Positions 22,201 to 35,746 of a stretch of DNA of 64,000 bases are shown here, one piece after another; within the stretch, counting starts at the first letter, position 1, and every line of letters starts with the position of its first letter. The notes beneath the pieces were generated by a model. That model was given only the letters and a program-made list of their open reading frames with translations, ran no database searches and was not told the origin of the DNA. The position numbers and the translations under genes are program-made. Source of the stretch: Trichinella spiralis (taxonomy: Eukaryota); the NCBI RefSeq assembly GCF_000181795.1, contig NW_003526945.1:4676682-4740681 (forward strand), written 5' to 3'.

Positions 22201-25200
22201 CGTCCGGCGCCGAATCAGACCTCTTTGGCACGCTCAAACCGTGCATCGACTGGGCGTGGGCTAGCAGCGTTTCACCGACAGAGCGGGCGTCGCAACGGAG
22301 CTGGGATGGATTTTCAACATTGGATATGCTTACCAACGGCGCTTCTTCATATTCCTCCTCCTCCTCCTCCTTCACAATAATAATCGGGGATGACGGTTCG
22401 ATCTTGTCCTCGACGTCGGGCTGTGCCGCATCCTGTGCCGGGGCTTCATTACTGTGATACACCTTGAAAAGAAAAATACAACTCATTAATCAGAATTGTC
22501 GAAAAATATCCATTTTGAAAATGCTAACCTGCAAATGACTTTCCAGAGCAGAATTGGAATTGAATCCACGCTGACAGAGAACGCACACAAAAGCATACTT
22601 TGATACTTCGTGAGTTTTCATGTGCAATTTCAAATGATCCGACCTAGAAATTGGAAAACATCATCATATTTAAAACAGGGGACAGGTGTAAATCCAAAGC
22701 GATGCTGAAAACTGTAACAAACACGCATACTTATCAGTCGAACAAAACATCCAAAAGTACATTTGGACGACAAAAAAATTTTCAAAGTTGTCAAATTTGT
22801 CCAAAAGTCGACAAAAAAATCCTATTGGAAAACATTTTCAAGAAAGTACGAATTAATTATGGGCACATTATTATCTATTAGTAATCCAAATAGTAATGTA
22901 AATTATTCAATTTAACAACAACGGCTCTCTCTGTTCTAGACTGCATAACCGACAAATGTAAATTTTCTACTTTTGATAAGCTGAACATTTTCAGACTAAA
23001 ACTTTTTGATACAACCCTGATGAATTATTAATTGAAAATTAAATATGGAACAATCAACAACCATCGCTAAAAAACAGTAATAACAGTTATTGTTGTATGT
23101 ACAAAAAGGTTTTCCAAATGAAACTCCTTATTGTGATTTCTATTTCTTTTTACAACTCGGTAATCAAAAGAAAATCCAATAAATACATTCTCTTCAACCT
23201 GAAAGCTCGGCTACGCGTAAAAGTTTTTACAATCAAGCAATAAACAAAGTATTAAATAAATAATTATATATATAAGTGAACGAACGCGCACTGTTGTCAC
23301 GAAAACATTAATTGAATCTAGAAGAAATTTACCTAAAAAATCTCGAATCACACATTGTACATTTGTACTTTCGTTGACCCGAGTGCAACTTGTGGTGGCG
23401 ATTCTGCGACCGCTTGTGCTTGAAACCTTTGCCACATATATCACACCTGTATGGCATCATTTCTGCGTGTTCCTGAAAATTGTGCTCATTGAGAGCAAAT
23501 GAAAATTGAAAACAACAAGCTTACTTGTTCGTGATTTTTCAAGATACCGGCCGTTGCAAACGAACGAGAACAATAGCTGCAAATAAACATACCACCACCG
23601 TTTCTTTGCACATTCGAATTTTCAGTACTACTGGTAACGGCTTTCTTCCTCAAAGTGACGCCGCTTGAAACTGGCGGTGACGCCGCATCAGTTAAAACGA
23701 TCGGCATCTCGACCGCTTCGTCCACTTCAGCTGTTGTAGCTGTTGCAAAGATCAAAGTTCACTATTCTCAAATTATCAAGTCAGAAAAAGTAACTTGACC
23801 AAAGGAAGCCCTCCAGCTGTTTAGAGTCAGGGGCGCCAAGGTGACCCTTGACCCATCTCGCAATCAAAAACATGGCAAATTAAGTTCAAAAGGGCAGCAA
23901 TTGGGGAACGTGAAGGGCATACGGATCGATCAATCGCCTATTATTATTATTATATTACCATTATCATTATGCACAAGTCAATCATGCTCGGTTCGTGCTT
24001 TGTGCCCGTATTACTGTATGCGAATAATATTTGCAAAGCGTCCATCAATACTGCAAAGCCAAATGAACGACAAAATGCTAAATAACGCTGCGGCTACTAG
24101 GAGACTTGTGGGTCAGCCACAGCAGTGACAACTATGCAAACCAGGACGGCTTAAAAAACGTCTGCTTTACACCAGCCAAATGCTTGTTAATATAATAGAG
24201 GAACCCTGCAGATGAACTGCAGCAAATGACCTGGGAAAACTGTAGGCTGCGCCTAAACTAATAATACAAGAACCTACGTAAACAACTTTGGAAACCCATG
24301 CCACCCTTGACACAGAGCAGTCTCTTTATGACCCATTTTGGTAGCCATCTCTCGGACAGATTACAAATACAGTCAAAAAGCCAAACGCTAACAATCAAAA
24401 CACCTCTCTGTATTGGGCTATAATAATTTAAATAAAAAGATAGAAAATAACATCTACTGTAATATGTTGTTCAATTAACACAGCTGCGTATGAGTGGATG
24501 TAATTTAGTTAGAGGAGAACCGACTTCAGAGATTTATTGTCTTTCAAAATTACATTCCCAGTACAGAAAGAAGAAGAAGAAGATCAATCAATATGTTAAA
24601 ATTAGTGATTTTGCTAAAAATATCTCGAGATCCATTTCTCCTTCTCTTCTACTATTCTGTTAATCTTCCAATTGCAATTCTTTCGATTCCATTCATTTGC
24701 GTGAAACATGTTGTTCTTACTTCACGAATTTGAAATACAAAATCACACACACACACACCCTCTCTTTCTCTGTTGCATTTGACAATTTGCTAGCAAATAA
24801 AATCATAATTCTATCATTCTGCTGGCTTAATCAAGTGATGATTATTTGCTTCTCAGTTGGATTTTCATTATCATGTCAAAAAATTTTCAAAACCTCTCTC
24901 TCAAAGGGGTTAAATATGTTAAATTTTTTTGTTTCAAAAATCAATCTTCATGAAATGCCAGATAATGAAAAGGCTACTGTTCTATATTATTATTCTTATT
25001 CTTATTCTTATTCGTTGCTGTGTGGGTTTAGTTTTCAAACGTTCAGTTAGGTACATGTCAGTTGGTAGAGACAAGGCATTCAATGTCTGGCAAAAGAAAA
25101 CAGGTGACGCCAACTGCCCCTTTCGAAAGTGCACCCATCATAGCAGATGGCGCGTTAAAAAAGCACGCCTGGGAGCGGGCCATCAGCCTGGCGCCCGCGG

Positions 25201-27178
25201 CTTTCGTCTGCTCAATCCATCGTTACGGCTTGACGGCGGCTAATTGCAGCTGTCACGAAGCTGGCCGTCATCAAGTCCAGTATAAAACGCAGATGGCTTC
25301 TTCAGCCCGCGTTCTGGGCACCAGGTGACGGCCGCTTAAATAGAAAGTCGATAAGCAAGACGAGGTTGGCCAGCGCAAGGTATTTCGAGAATGCACTGTC
25401 TCCTTCTTCTCCTCGGCAGAGGCATAAAATCGATCGATGATCGTCACCAGAATGAGTGAAAGGCTCTAGTCTGCTGGTGCATTATTAGCTGGAGAAACCG
25501 TCGTTGCACCCGAGCGTCCAGCAGCAATGCGTTAAACAGCAAGCAGCAGGAGGATCAGAAGCAAACAACCAGTCGTTACCCTGCTGTTATTATCCCATAG
25601 TACACGACACCGCTAGTCACTTTCTAAGCTACTTGAACAATCGATTCCAATCAATAAAACATAGCTTTACAACAAGCCAACTGTTTATCCACAGCTACAT
25701 CCAACATGTTTGTTTGGTCATATATATATATATATAAATATTTGCTTATTTGTGGAAAATGTTTTATGATTTTATGAAAAAGGATATAAAAAGAAAAAAA
25801 TTATAAACAGTTGTGTGCTTATTAGATAAAAATGACGCTGATGGAACAAACGGCATCGGCCAAACGCGTTGGTTTAACATTTCTAGGGTGCCGGATGTGC
25901 GTCATGCGGAAAAACTGAGTCGATCAATCCAGACCAACATTGGGCATCGCCGACGCACACACTAAGCACACAGACGACGAACAACAAACGAACTCGCAAA
26001 ACATGGGTGGGACATGCATGTTCACTCAGTTATAAATGAAAATGAGGAACGAAGACTAACTAATGCGCGTTTTGCATCTCAGCTGAATAATGACTTTCCC
26101 CTATCGACGGCAAATCTAATCAAGCTGAATCAATCCACCGGGATGATCGAGAACGCCCGTCGGTCGGGTACCCTGGAGGCATTGTTTCGGCAAAACGATT
26201 TCCCCAATGACCAAAGGACAGAACAACGTTGTTCAAAGCGAAGAAAAGAAAAAAATATATGTATACAGTTGACCCACAACATGAGAAAACAGTGAAATTT
26301 AAATAAAATTGTTTGTTTTTTTCTTGAATATGAAATTCCCATCTCTCTGGAAACGGTTCATCTATTTGTCAAGCATAAGTAAACAGAGAAAATGAATAAA
26401 ATTGCACAATTTGATCGTTATCAGTTGATGCAAATTTTCTTTTGTTTCCACCAAACAGCAACCGTTATCTGACCTATGCCCCGTATGAAAATGTTCGATA
26501 AGACTATTCTGTACAAGTAGAAGATGACAGGCGTCAGTAAATTGCTACCTCGACTAGCCGCTGCGGCTGCTGTTCCATTAGGAGGAACATCGATTATCCT
26601 CTAATAAGCTGGTTGAAAAAGAAGAGCGGAAAAGCAGAACAGAACCAAAAGTGAAGCTCGGTATGTATCTATCTTTCAGTTAGTTGCTAGCTAGCTTGTG
26701 TTTGTTCTTCAACTATTCACAAACCGATTGGTAGTGTTCTACTTGCCTGGAGCAGTTCAGTTAGTCGAACGATTATCATTCATGCATGAATTGATTTTCA
26801 AGAGTTATAAATGTAGCTTTGAAAGAAAAAAAATCCGTTGAAACAAAAAGGGATACTTTTTTTTCCATATCAATTGAATTTAAATTTCACGCTATTGAGA
26901 TGATGAAATTTGAAGAAGGGGAAAAATTGGAAGCAAATTTGCAAAAAAAAATCAACGACAACAGGTGCATGAAAAATCGATAACCGTTGCCGCTGCAGGG
27001 AATGGACGGATGGATATTGTGAATGCGAAGAAACTGACGTTTGGTCAATTTTAGCAGGGAAAAGGGTCAAGTTGGTCAGATGAGAAGAAAAGTTGGAAAA
27101 AGAAATTATATTAAAAAAAATACAGCATATCTTACCGACGATCAGTTGAACCGGCTTGGATTGCTTCCTCCTCGACAT
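19231..27178 (-). CDS. ZNF423: Multi-C2H2 zinc-finger transcription factor, ZNF423/ZNF521/Oaz orthologue (about 1209 aa)
   Basis: Exons 27178-27136, 23739-23525, 23472-23333, 22643-22529, 22462-19744, 19628-19231 splice in frame (3630 nt). Diagnostic stretches: [31 protein letters not shown]...[36 protein letters not shown]. Confidence 0.92.
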
Positions 27179-27574
27179 TGCTGGACGTTGAACAACGAGT
27201 TAGCTAGCTTGGCTAGCTTGCAAGAGCAGGACAAAATTGATAAATGGAAACGCAAAGCTAAGACGACAGTGGGCGCTAAACTGGGCAGAGATTGTTGACC
27301 AATTGGGGAAGGTCGCGCCGGTCAGCGCTACAGCTGTCCCAAACAAGTGAGGGGTTTTTTGGTAGCAGAAACGCGTGGCCGCCTGCTGCGAATACAAATC
27401 CACTGGCGACTTTATTATTACGACGGGTTGAATTATTCTTTATTTTTTTTCCTGACGTTCTGTTTCTTTTACCAACTTTTTATTCGTTTTCAACAGGCAA
27501 ACGCACGCACGCAAGCACACACTTGTAAGCTTTGAAAATTGCTAACAACTAAGCTATGTGTGCACACGCACGCG

Positions 27575-28670
27575 TACGACAACGACAACGACAACGACGT
27601 TGGTCAATCCAGTGACGAAAAGCTAAAACAGCTAGAATCAGTCAGTCAGTCAGTCAGTTATTCAGGCAAGCAGGCAGGCAGGCAGGCAATTCAATAAACT
27701 AGCGTGAACCCACGAACTCCCAGCGGGCAACTGACGCAACGTTAAATTACAAGTCGACAACGGCCAGGAATTGATAGATAAAGCTTGGCCGGCTTAGCGA
27801 GAAAAAGCAAGCAGCAAGCAAGCAAGCAAGCAAGCATGTAAGCACGCGCGCGTATAAAGAGGAAATAGCCGGTCGGTCACAAGATTTGAGCCAGGCCAAC
27901 CGAGGAACGGGAAACCAGGCGCGTTTGCACGAACGCAGTCGACGAACGGCGCTTTCTCAACTGAACACAACCATCACAAGCTAGCAAGCAAGCAAGCTAG
28001 CCAGCTAGCTGGCTTGCTTGAAGCGGAAAAGCTGAAACATTCACATTCAAAGCACCAATAATACACGACGACGTGACGGTGGCGTTGCACATTTCGCAGC
28101 GGATGAAATGCTAATTGAAAATTATCAACCCAACAGAACAGTCAATTTACAATTTTCAAACATTATATTATATAAATAGAAATTTGAAAAAAAATTATAT
28201 CAAAATGAAACATTTTTTCAAAAAAACAGCAACAACAACTACTACTACTACAATTAGCTTATTTGTACAGAAAATTGAAAATTTATTTAAAAATTGAAAT
28301 GGTTGGCTGGTTAGTTGGTTGGCTGGCCAAGATGCAGTTGAGCAATGCTAAGGATAATATAGCGTACGACGACGAACAGCTAGCAAACAAAGTAAATAAA
28401 ACTGGAAAGAGTGACTGAGTGTGTGTGTGAGCAAAAGCGCGTGATAAAGTGAAACAAAGAAATAAAGGAAAATGGAAGGAGAGAGAGAGAGTGAGAGAGA
28501 GAAAAAGAAAGAGAGCAATAAGCAAATGAGGAAGCTCGACTAAATGCTAACGGCTCGTTAGTCGAGATATGTTCTCGAATGTCCTGATTGCGTTGGACAG
28601 TGGTCAAGAAGCAAAACAGGAGGCGCAGGTGACCAACCAGGCCAGACTAGACCAAACCAGACCAGAGCAA
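27575..28670. repeat. Cluster of short tandem repeats upstream of the ZNF423-like gene
   Basis: (ACAACG)n, (CAGT)n, (GCAG)n, (GCAA)n twice, (GA)n and (AGACC)-like runs. Confidence 0.85.
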
Positions 28671-31600
28671 GCTTCAGGGGTCAGGCCGAACAACGCGACC
28701 CCGCCGTCAGTTAGCACCCAAGCGCTTCTCTAATTTCTCCAATTGACCGTTGCTTGTTCTGCTTGCTTTGACCGGACTAAACTGATGACCGGAAGTTTAC
28801 TAGCAACGATTAATCATTACTGTTAAATTGAAATGACCATCAATTCATTTTTCAAAAAACAACACACATTTACACTGAAAAGTATGCAAAAGAAAATATG
28901 GATACTTTACTTTAAAAACAACAATATCCCGAATATATTATAAGAAAAATATCTCTTCTCTAAACTATGCTGAAGCGAAAATTGACAAAAAAAACTGCTA
29001 ATTTTAAGAAATGACGAAAACGCTTCTTCTTTCAACATTTACCATAAAATTGAAAAGTTCAAAGCGAAAACTGAACTTCACTCTAGACGGCGTACATATT
29101 CGAACAAATTTTCCACTAACCTTACATCTATAGATACAGTAAGAACATGGAAATCATAAAACTGATTTCATCAATCATTCGAATGAAAAGAGAATAAAAT
29201 ATTCAAGAGGATATTTATTTGTACACGAAAAAATTTCATCAAACATACAAGCTGAACAAAATTGGAATTGGTAAAAAAAATAACAATGCTTTTTCCCGCT
29301 CAGTATGGAAGCTTATTTTTCTTCGAATTCAACAAATTCCAAATTCTCGAACAAAAACTAGCATAAAAATATACAAAAATATTTTCATACTTTTTGAAAA
29401 TTTTTATCCTCGACGCGCTGAAATAATATAACATTTTCCCCTCATTTTGTCAAATGAACATATTTTAATCTTTTCAATCGAAGCTATTTGATACAATATA
29501 CACAAAAAAATATAAAAAAGTAGGTTCTTTTAAAATTGCAACTGAAATTACAGAGAAAATTGAATAATATGAAAATGAAAATAGAACTATTACAAGAGAA
29601 CAAAAGAACGGATAGGGGATGGGTTTGATTGATATTATTAATTGCCCTGTTGCAACGGTTGAGCGAATTCAACTTGAGGACATTCACTTGAAGCTAAATT
29701 CAACTGACTGACTTGATTCAACAACAAACAAAATATGCTGAAACTTATCATTTGTCCACAACTCGTTCGAATCTCTGTCTGGATGTGTATCTGCTGATTT
29801 CAAAAGGGTGGGTCACATTTATTCAAAATACTCGCGCATTATACAGTAGTTGTTCAACTGCATCGGCAATTGAACGCGAAAAAATTGCAAAACATTCATT
29901 TTATGCACCTACTGAAATTAATAGAATAAAATCACGTGCAATTTGTGTTACATAAATATAGCAACAAACCGTTGTGAAGGGGAGAGGGCAATTTGGAAAA
30001 CAACAAAAAAATAACCAATGCAATCAATGTATGCATAATGAAAAGGCTAGTTGTGAGCAAAACCTTCGGATGTGTTGAAGATTGACGACGCATAGCACTT
30101 TTCCATGTTACGCATACATGAGCTCGTGCGTTTGCTGTTGACGTTGGCACGGCTCCGTTCAAGCGTTAAAGATTTGCAAAAGCAGAAAAAGCCTGTCAAC
30201 CAGGCCATGTGTTCAACAAAAGATAATCGCAAATCAAAATGGCCGCGTTAGATCTGTTAATTAAAAATTGCGGAAGCAGCTTGTGAACAATGTTCATCTC
30301 CATTTGAAGCTGAACTAAATTTGCGCTGTGAAAACTGTAGTTACGGTTGTTGAAGTTTAGTGCAAGCGAATGAAAAAGTGAAAAATTCGAAATAAAACGG
30401 AAAAAAATTGCTCGCATGGAGATTTAATGTGTTCGAGAATGTCAAAAATGTATTTTTTAATTTTTTTTTTGAAAAATACCTATGTTGACGACTGAGTATA
30501 TAGAAATTGAAGCTTCATCTTTAGTATTTTCGCAAACAAAATCCCTGAGATAGAAGGTATAGCAAGAGCAATTTTGAAAGTCTCATCTTAGCTCGGAATT
30601 TCATACATCCACACATACTTGATCACTATTGATGTTGATTTTGTCATTGTTGATTTGCTGATATGCAAATTAGCCTGCGTTGAGAAATAAATGCGCACAC
30701 AGTGTACGTTTTCATGTATCATATGTTGCTAAGCTTGTCGAGCATAACGCAAAATAATCAGTGGAGTTTTGAAAACTGTTCGCAGCAGTTTTGCTTTTGA
30801 AATTATTTATTGTTATCTCATTTACATTTATTGATTATCATCAGCTGCTTTTGAACTTGAAAGTAATTATTTATATCTTAAGACCGATATATCGCACACC
30901 ATATGTTGAAGCAGAGTCGTAAAACTGTTCGACTATTAAAAGTTATTGAAAAGCAGCCAAATGTTTTCAATGGAAAGATTTTTTGATATTTTCTTTTTCA
31001 ACACTTTTGTGCAGAATTGCTATGACCATATCATACAACTGCAATTGCAGCAGTTTGCATCCGTTGCTTCTTGCTTTTATGCACTTTCTATTGATGACCT
31101 GTCGTTTAATTAATAAGCTTTTAAAGCGGAATCTTGTCAAGAATAAGCCTAAAGCTTTCTTAATCTTATCGTGTAAAACTAAAGAAAAGAATATTTTTCA
31201 TTAGCATATTTAATCGACACCTTTTCCAGTCACGCTAACAACAGTTTCAGCTTCAGTTAAGCTAACCTAACTGCGCAATGAATTTGTTTGTTTGTGTGCG
31301 TGTGTGTGTGTGTGGAAAGCTTTATTAGAATTTTTTTCATTTTATTTGTTTTTTCTTTATTTTGTCACAGTTAACAAAATACCTAGTTTCTGAGTAAATT
31401 TAGTGGCGTGAAATATTTGTTTAATTAAAAAAGTCAGCTTTAATTTACCATCAGATCAAATAGTTCAATGTAAAATAAAGTAACAAGCGTTGCTTATCAA
31501 GTTTCCAATATATTGTAAAAAGTACATATTTTTCTGACAAATTTTGTGTTTTGTTAAATATCGTCAAATCATTTCTGCCGTTTACAGCAATATTTTATAG

Positions 31601-34600
31601 AATAATTTTATTTGTGAAAGCATTCTTTTTAAACTCACATTGCTTCGTTCGAAGCCATCGTTTCATCTGTTGCACGTCATGCCTCTCTGATTGCTTTCAG
31701 ATGCATTGCCGCTCCCAGTGCTTTAGCTGTATTGCTTGCTGCTCCCATTGCTTTGTTCAGAGCCGCGCTTTATTTCTCGAATATCATGCCCCTTCTAGTG
31801 CTGCTTTCAGCTGTTTCCCCCGCTCCTGTTGTTTCGTTCGTTGCTGTCGCTTCATGCCATGAAAATAGCAGTGTTCTCCATTGAATTTTATACAAACAAC
31901 TCGCTCTCTATAATATTACCACGGGATATTCTCGCTTTGGTAGAGTTGCAAAATTGCTGTTGACTATATTATGTGTATGTTATCAATGACAATTTGGCCA
32001 GACAACTGAGCTTGAAGTGCACTGAATCCCAAGGTTTGTATATCACAGCCTTTGGCTTGAATACGGCAAGGGACGTAGGAAATTTGTCAAGAGATTTTTA
32101 ATAATTAGAAGAAAATAAAAATAATATTTTTCATTCACACCGGAATCCCTACGTTTCCTCATCAGAGCACCCCGAACAACATGTGCTTGCATATACTGAG
32201 TGTGAAAAGCATGATGATAGACCCACGCAAAGATCAGTTGCAACATCCAGTCGATGGGACTGGCTTTTGCATAGATCCTATAGTAGTCGTCATTGAAAAA
32301 ACGCACCTGTACACAGACAGAGAGGTAAATGTTCCTCCTTTTGAAAAATTTTTGTGAACTTGAAATCGTTAGCATCAAGCTTTTTGTTCCAACAGCGTGA
32401 ACAAAATGTAGCTTAGACGGACAATGAAATAAATATCTCGAATTCAAAATATAAATAAAGTTAATAAAACTCTACAAAGTAAAAATTCATGAAATGTAGC
32501 CTTGAAATTTTCTGATCATTCATTCTTCTATTTTTTTTTACAAAATAATCATTCTGCATTAAAAAGTTGCAAAAGAGTTTTTCCATTTTAAAATTATTGA
32601 CCTGTTAAACATTGTTTAATAGCATAAAATGTTGCAAAAAGTAAAAAATTGATTAATTCACATCCTGATAACTTCTTAATGCAGTTGAAAAAATAAACTG
32701 AGCATACTTATGCCCAGTGCAAATAAGCGGCATTATTCATGACGTACCTTTGAAATGATGAAGAAAAAAAAACACTCAAGAGAAGCAAGCTATTTCTTTA
32801 AGATGTAGCTTGTTCTTTGTCTTTGCATGTATGTTGGTGGAATTTTGCTGGACAATGGCCGGTGCAGAAAGGATCGTCCAGGGTCGCCAAGGTCGCACTG
32901 TCAGGGGCGCCCTGACAGATTGATGCCAGCATGATGATAATAACGGCAATAATTTCAGGTCATTGCTTGACAAGCACGGCGTTCTGAACGCCCGTTGAGA
33001 GCAGGCTTTCCTTTGTTCCCACCACTTTTGCAAATGTGGCTCACCTGCAACATGTTTTAACGATGCTAAAAAATTTTTTTCTTATCTCATTCCAAGACTT
33101 GAGACAATCTTCAGGTGCAGGCTTTGCTAAACTGATCCCTTCTGCCCAACAAATGTCAAGGCAACCTACCCATCACTGTTCCCTATCTATCGAAAGAACG
33201 CCCCTGACCTGATCACTGGCACCCAGCCAATTGTCAATAATACGGACAACACGAAGCTAATGGTGAACTTTTTTCCATCAAACATATACAATATCTTATT
33301 GATTCAATATACTTTTATATTTGCCATTTGCCATTTTAATACACCTATAGCACAAGTTATGCGTGTTTCTTGAACTTGATAATCCAAATATAAATTTGAA
33401 TATCCAACGCATTCCTTCCTTCCTCTTGCGACACATCTTGATTATCCTTCTTCCAGGTTCAATCTCGAAGGAATTCATTTACTTCAGCATTTAAAAATGC
33501 ACCAATAAAACTGTATTCATTTGTTGGCTATACTCATATACAAATCTGACTACTTCAACTAAATCAGTAAATTACCAGGTGTTCTTTGCAGAGATCACAA
33601 TAATTTCGGCTTGCAGTAGAAAAATGCAATCAGTAATTTCACAGAACGATAATAATGATAATGATAATAATAAAAGTAGATTGCTCATGTAATTATAAGT
33701 GGCAGTCGGTCATTTAATGTAAACAACAAATTTCAAGGATATATGCACAGACAACATTTATCCATGAAATACGTTCAATCAAAGCGCAAAAAACATGCCG
33801 CTTTTTGAATAAAGTTAAATTTAACGTCGAACAGAAAAATAAATTGGATAATAATAATAATAATAATTAATAACATGAACTAACAGTTTTGCGATGCCGT
33901 AATTTGATAAACGGATTACTGTATAGTTCAGAAAACCTGATAGCAATGAAAATGGTACCACTCACTCTACTGCAAAACTTTTTACCATTGTTTTTTTATA
34001 TTTTTTCAAACGTAACATTATTATTAGTCGCAATTAATGCGAATGAAAATACTCGTTTTTGTTGTCTTCTATTCAAACTAATCCCAAGATTTTTTCAGTA
34101 TTCACTTAGTTATATATGCATGAATTTTTTAACTGGGTTCTTCATGAGTTAAACTAAGTTATTCTATGTCGACTCGATAGATTGACTTAAATTTCAGTTT
34201 TATTATATAACCACATGCTTTTACTAAGTAATAAACATGGAAGGATAAAGTAAGATGAAGCCTTCTAAACAACTACTTTTTATCTAATCTAAAAATCCAT
34301 GTATCCAGTGTAGGCACCATTTAATTAATCAGAATTATTCAGAATAGTTAATCAACAATAACGCCTCCAGAACTTAAATTTAAATTTAAATAATATATTT
34401 TTATAATGTTTTTATATATTTAAAACGTTTATAATATATTTGAAACTTTATAATATTTTAATTTTTTATACCATAAAACAGTAAAAGTGAAATATTTATT
34501 TTTGAAAATTAATACTTTTAAACTATTTTTATTCCAAACTTTTTTCAAACTATTTTTATTAAATTTTTTCAAAAATTAATAATAAATCAATTTTTTGAAA

Positions 34601-35134
34601 AGTTAATTTCATTGCCTCAAATGGCAAATTTCAGAAATATACTTGCTTATTATTTTTCTACTGTAGATTATGTCGTCTTATTTGTGTATTGCATTTGTGT
34701 GTACGTTATAAAAATTGTTATATTGTGATGATATAGGTATTGTTATAAAATGGTGTATCAATTATTTGTTATAAAAATTTTACTTGACTATAACTTAATT
34801 TGCTCTAACTTATATTTTTGAAGTGAAACATTGACCTTTAAAACATATACTGAGATGATTTAATTCAGCGAGTTATTGCAGTTGTAGTCTTTTCTTTTAG
34901 CATATATTTATTCATAAGAGTTATCTGTTTTATCTAATTATAAACTGATGTTACATTCATTTTGTCAGCATGGTTTAATAAATAGTTTTTATTACAGATG
35001 AATTTTTGTTAGTGTTTATTTTTTAATTCTTAAATGAATTTCGCTTAGTTTAACTTCAAATGTTTTGTTAATAAACTTCTTTCATTTTCTAAATGCTTAT
35101 TTTTTCCATGTGTGTTCCAGTGAGCTTTGCAGTG

Positions 35135-35746
35135 ATGATCGACACGGCAGAAATACGTGCTGCGGGCATTATCATTTTCAGAGTGATCGATAGTATCCGT
35201 GAATATCTGTTGCTGCAAGCTGCGTATGAACCTCATCATTGGTCTCCGCCAAAAGGTGAAATTATCACTTTAAGCATTTTTTTTCAATAATTATTATGTT
35301 TAAATTACAAAAGGGTACTTTATAAGTGAGGTTTTACTTGTTGGTGAGATTTTAATCGATGATTTCTTGATATTTCGACACTATGCTTAACCGTTGAACT
35401 CGCAACTCTTCCATGTCTAGGTCGCTTAGAAAAGGATGAAAAAGAATTTGTAGCGGCAACGCGTGAAGTTTTCGAAGAGACTGGTCTAAGTGAAAATGAC
35501 TACAACATCATCGCAGGTTTCAGTCACCAACTGCATTATGAAGCCAACCACCGCCAAAAGGTGGTTACATACTGGCTTGCAAAACTTGCAAATACGACTA
35601 CTGAAATTCGACTTTCAATGGAACACGATCATTATTGTTGGTGCAGTTTGGAGGATGCTAAAAGCTTAATTGAACATTCCAATATGCTTGAAATGCTTTT
35701 GAGCGCAGACCAATTTCTTTCTCATCATCGCATCACATCATCATGA
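35135..35746 (+). CDS. NUDT2: Bis(5'-nucleosyl)-tetraphosphatase, asymmetrical (Ap4A hydrolase, Nudix), 148 aa
   Basis: Exons 35135-35255 and 35421-35746. IRAAGIIIFR...EYLLLQAAYEPHHWSPPKG, Nudix box GRLEKDEKEFVAATREVFEETGL, and KVVTYWLAKL...LSMEH. Confidence 0.95.

Noticed and set aside
19133..22457. Many overlapping and antisense ORFs
   Set aside because: Shadows of the GC-rich zinc-finger exon with no independent motifs.
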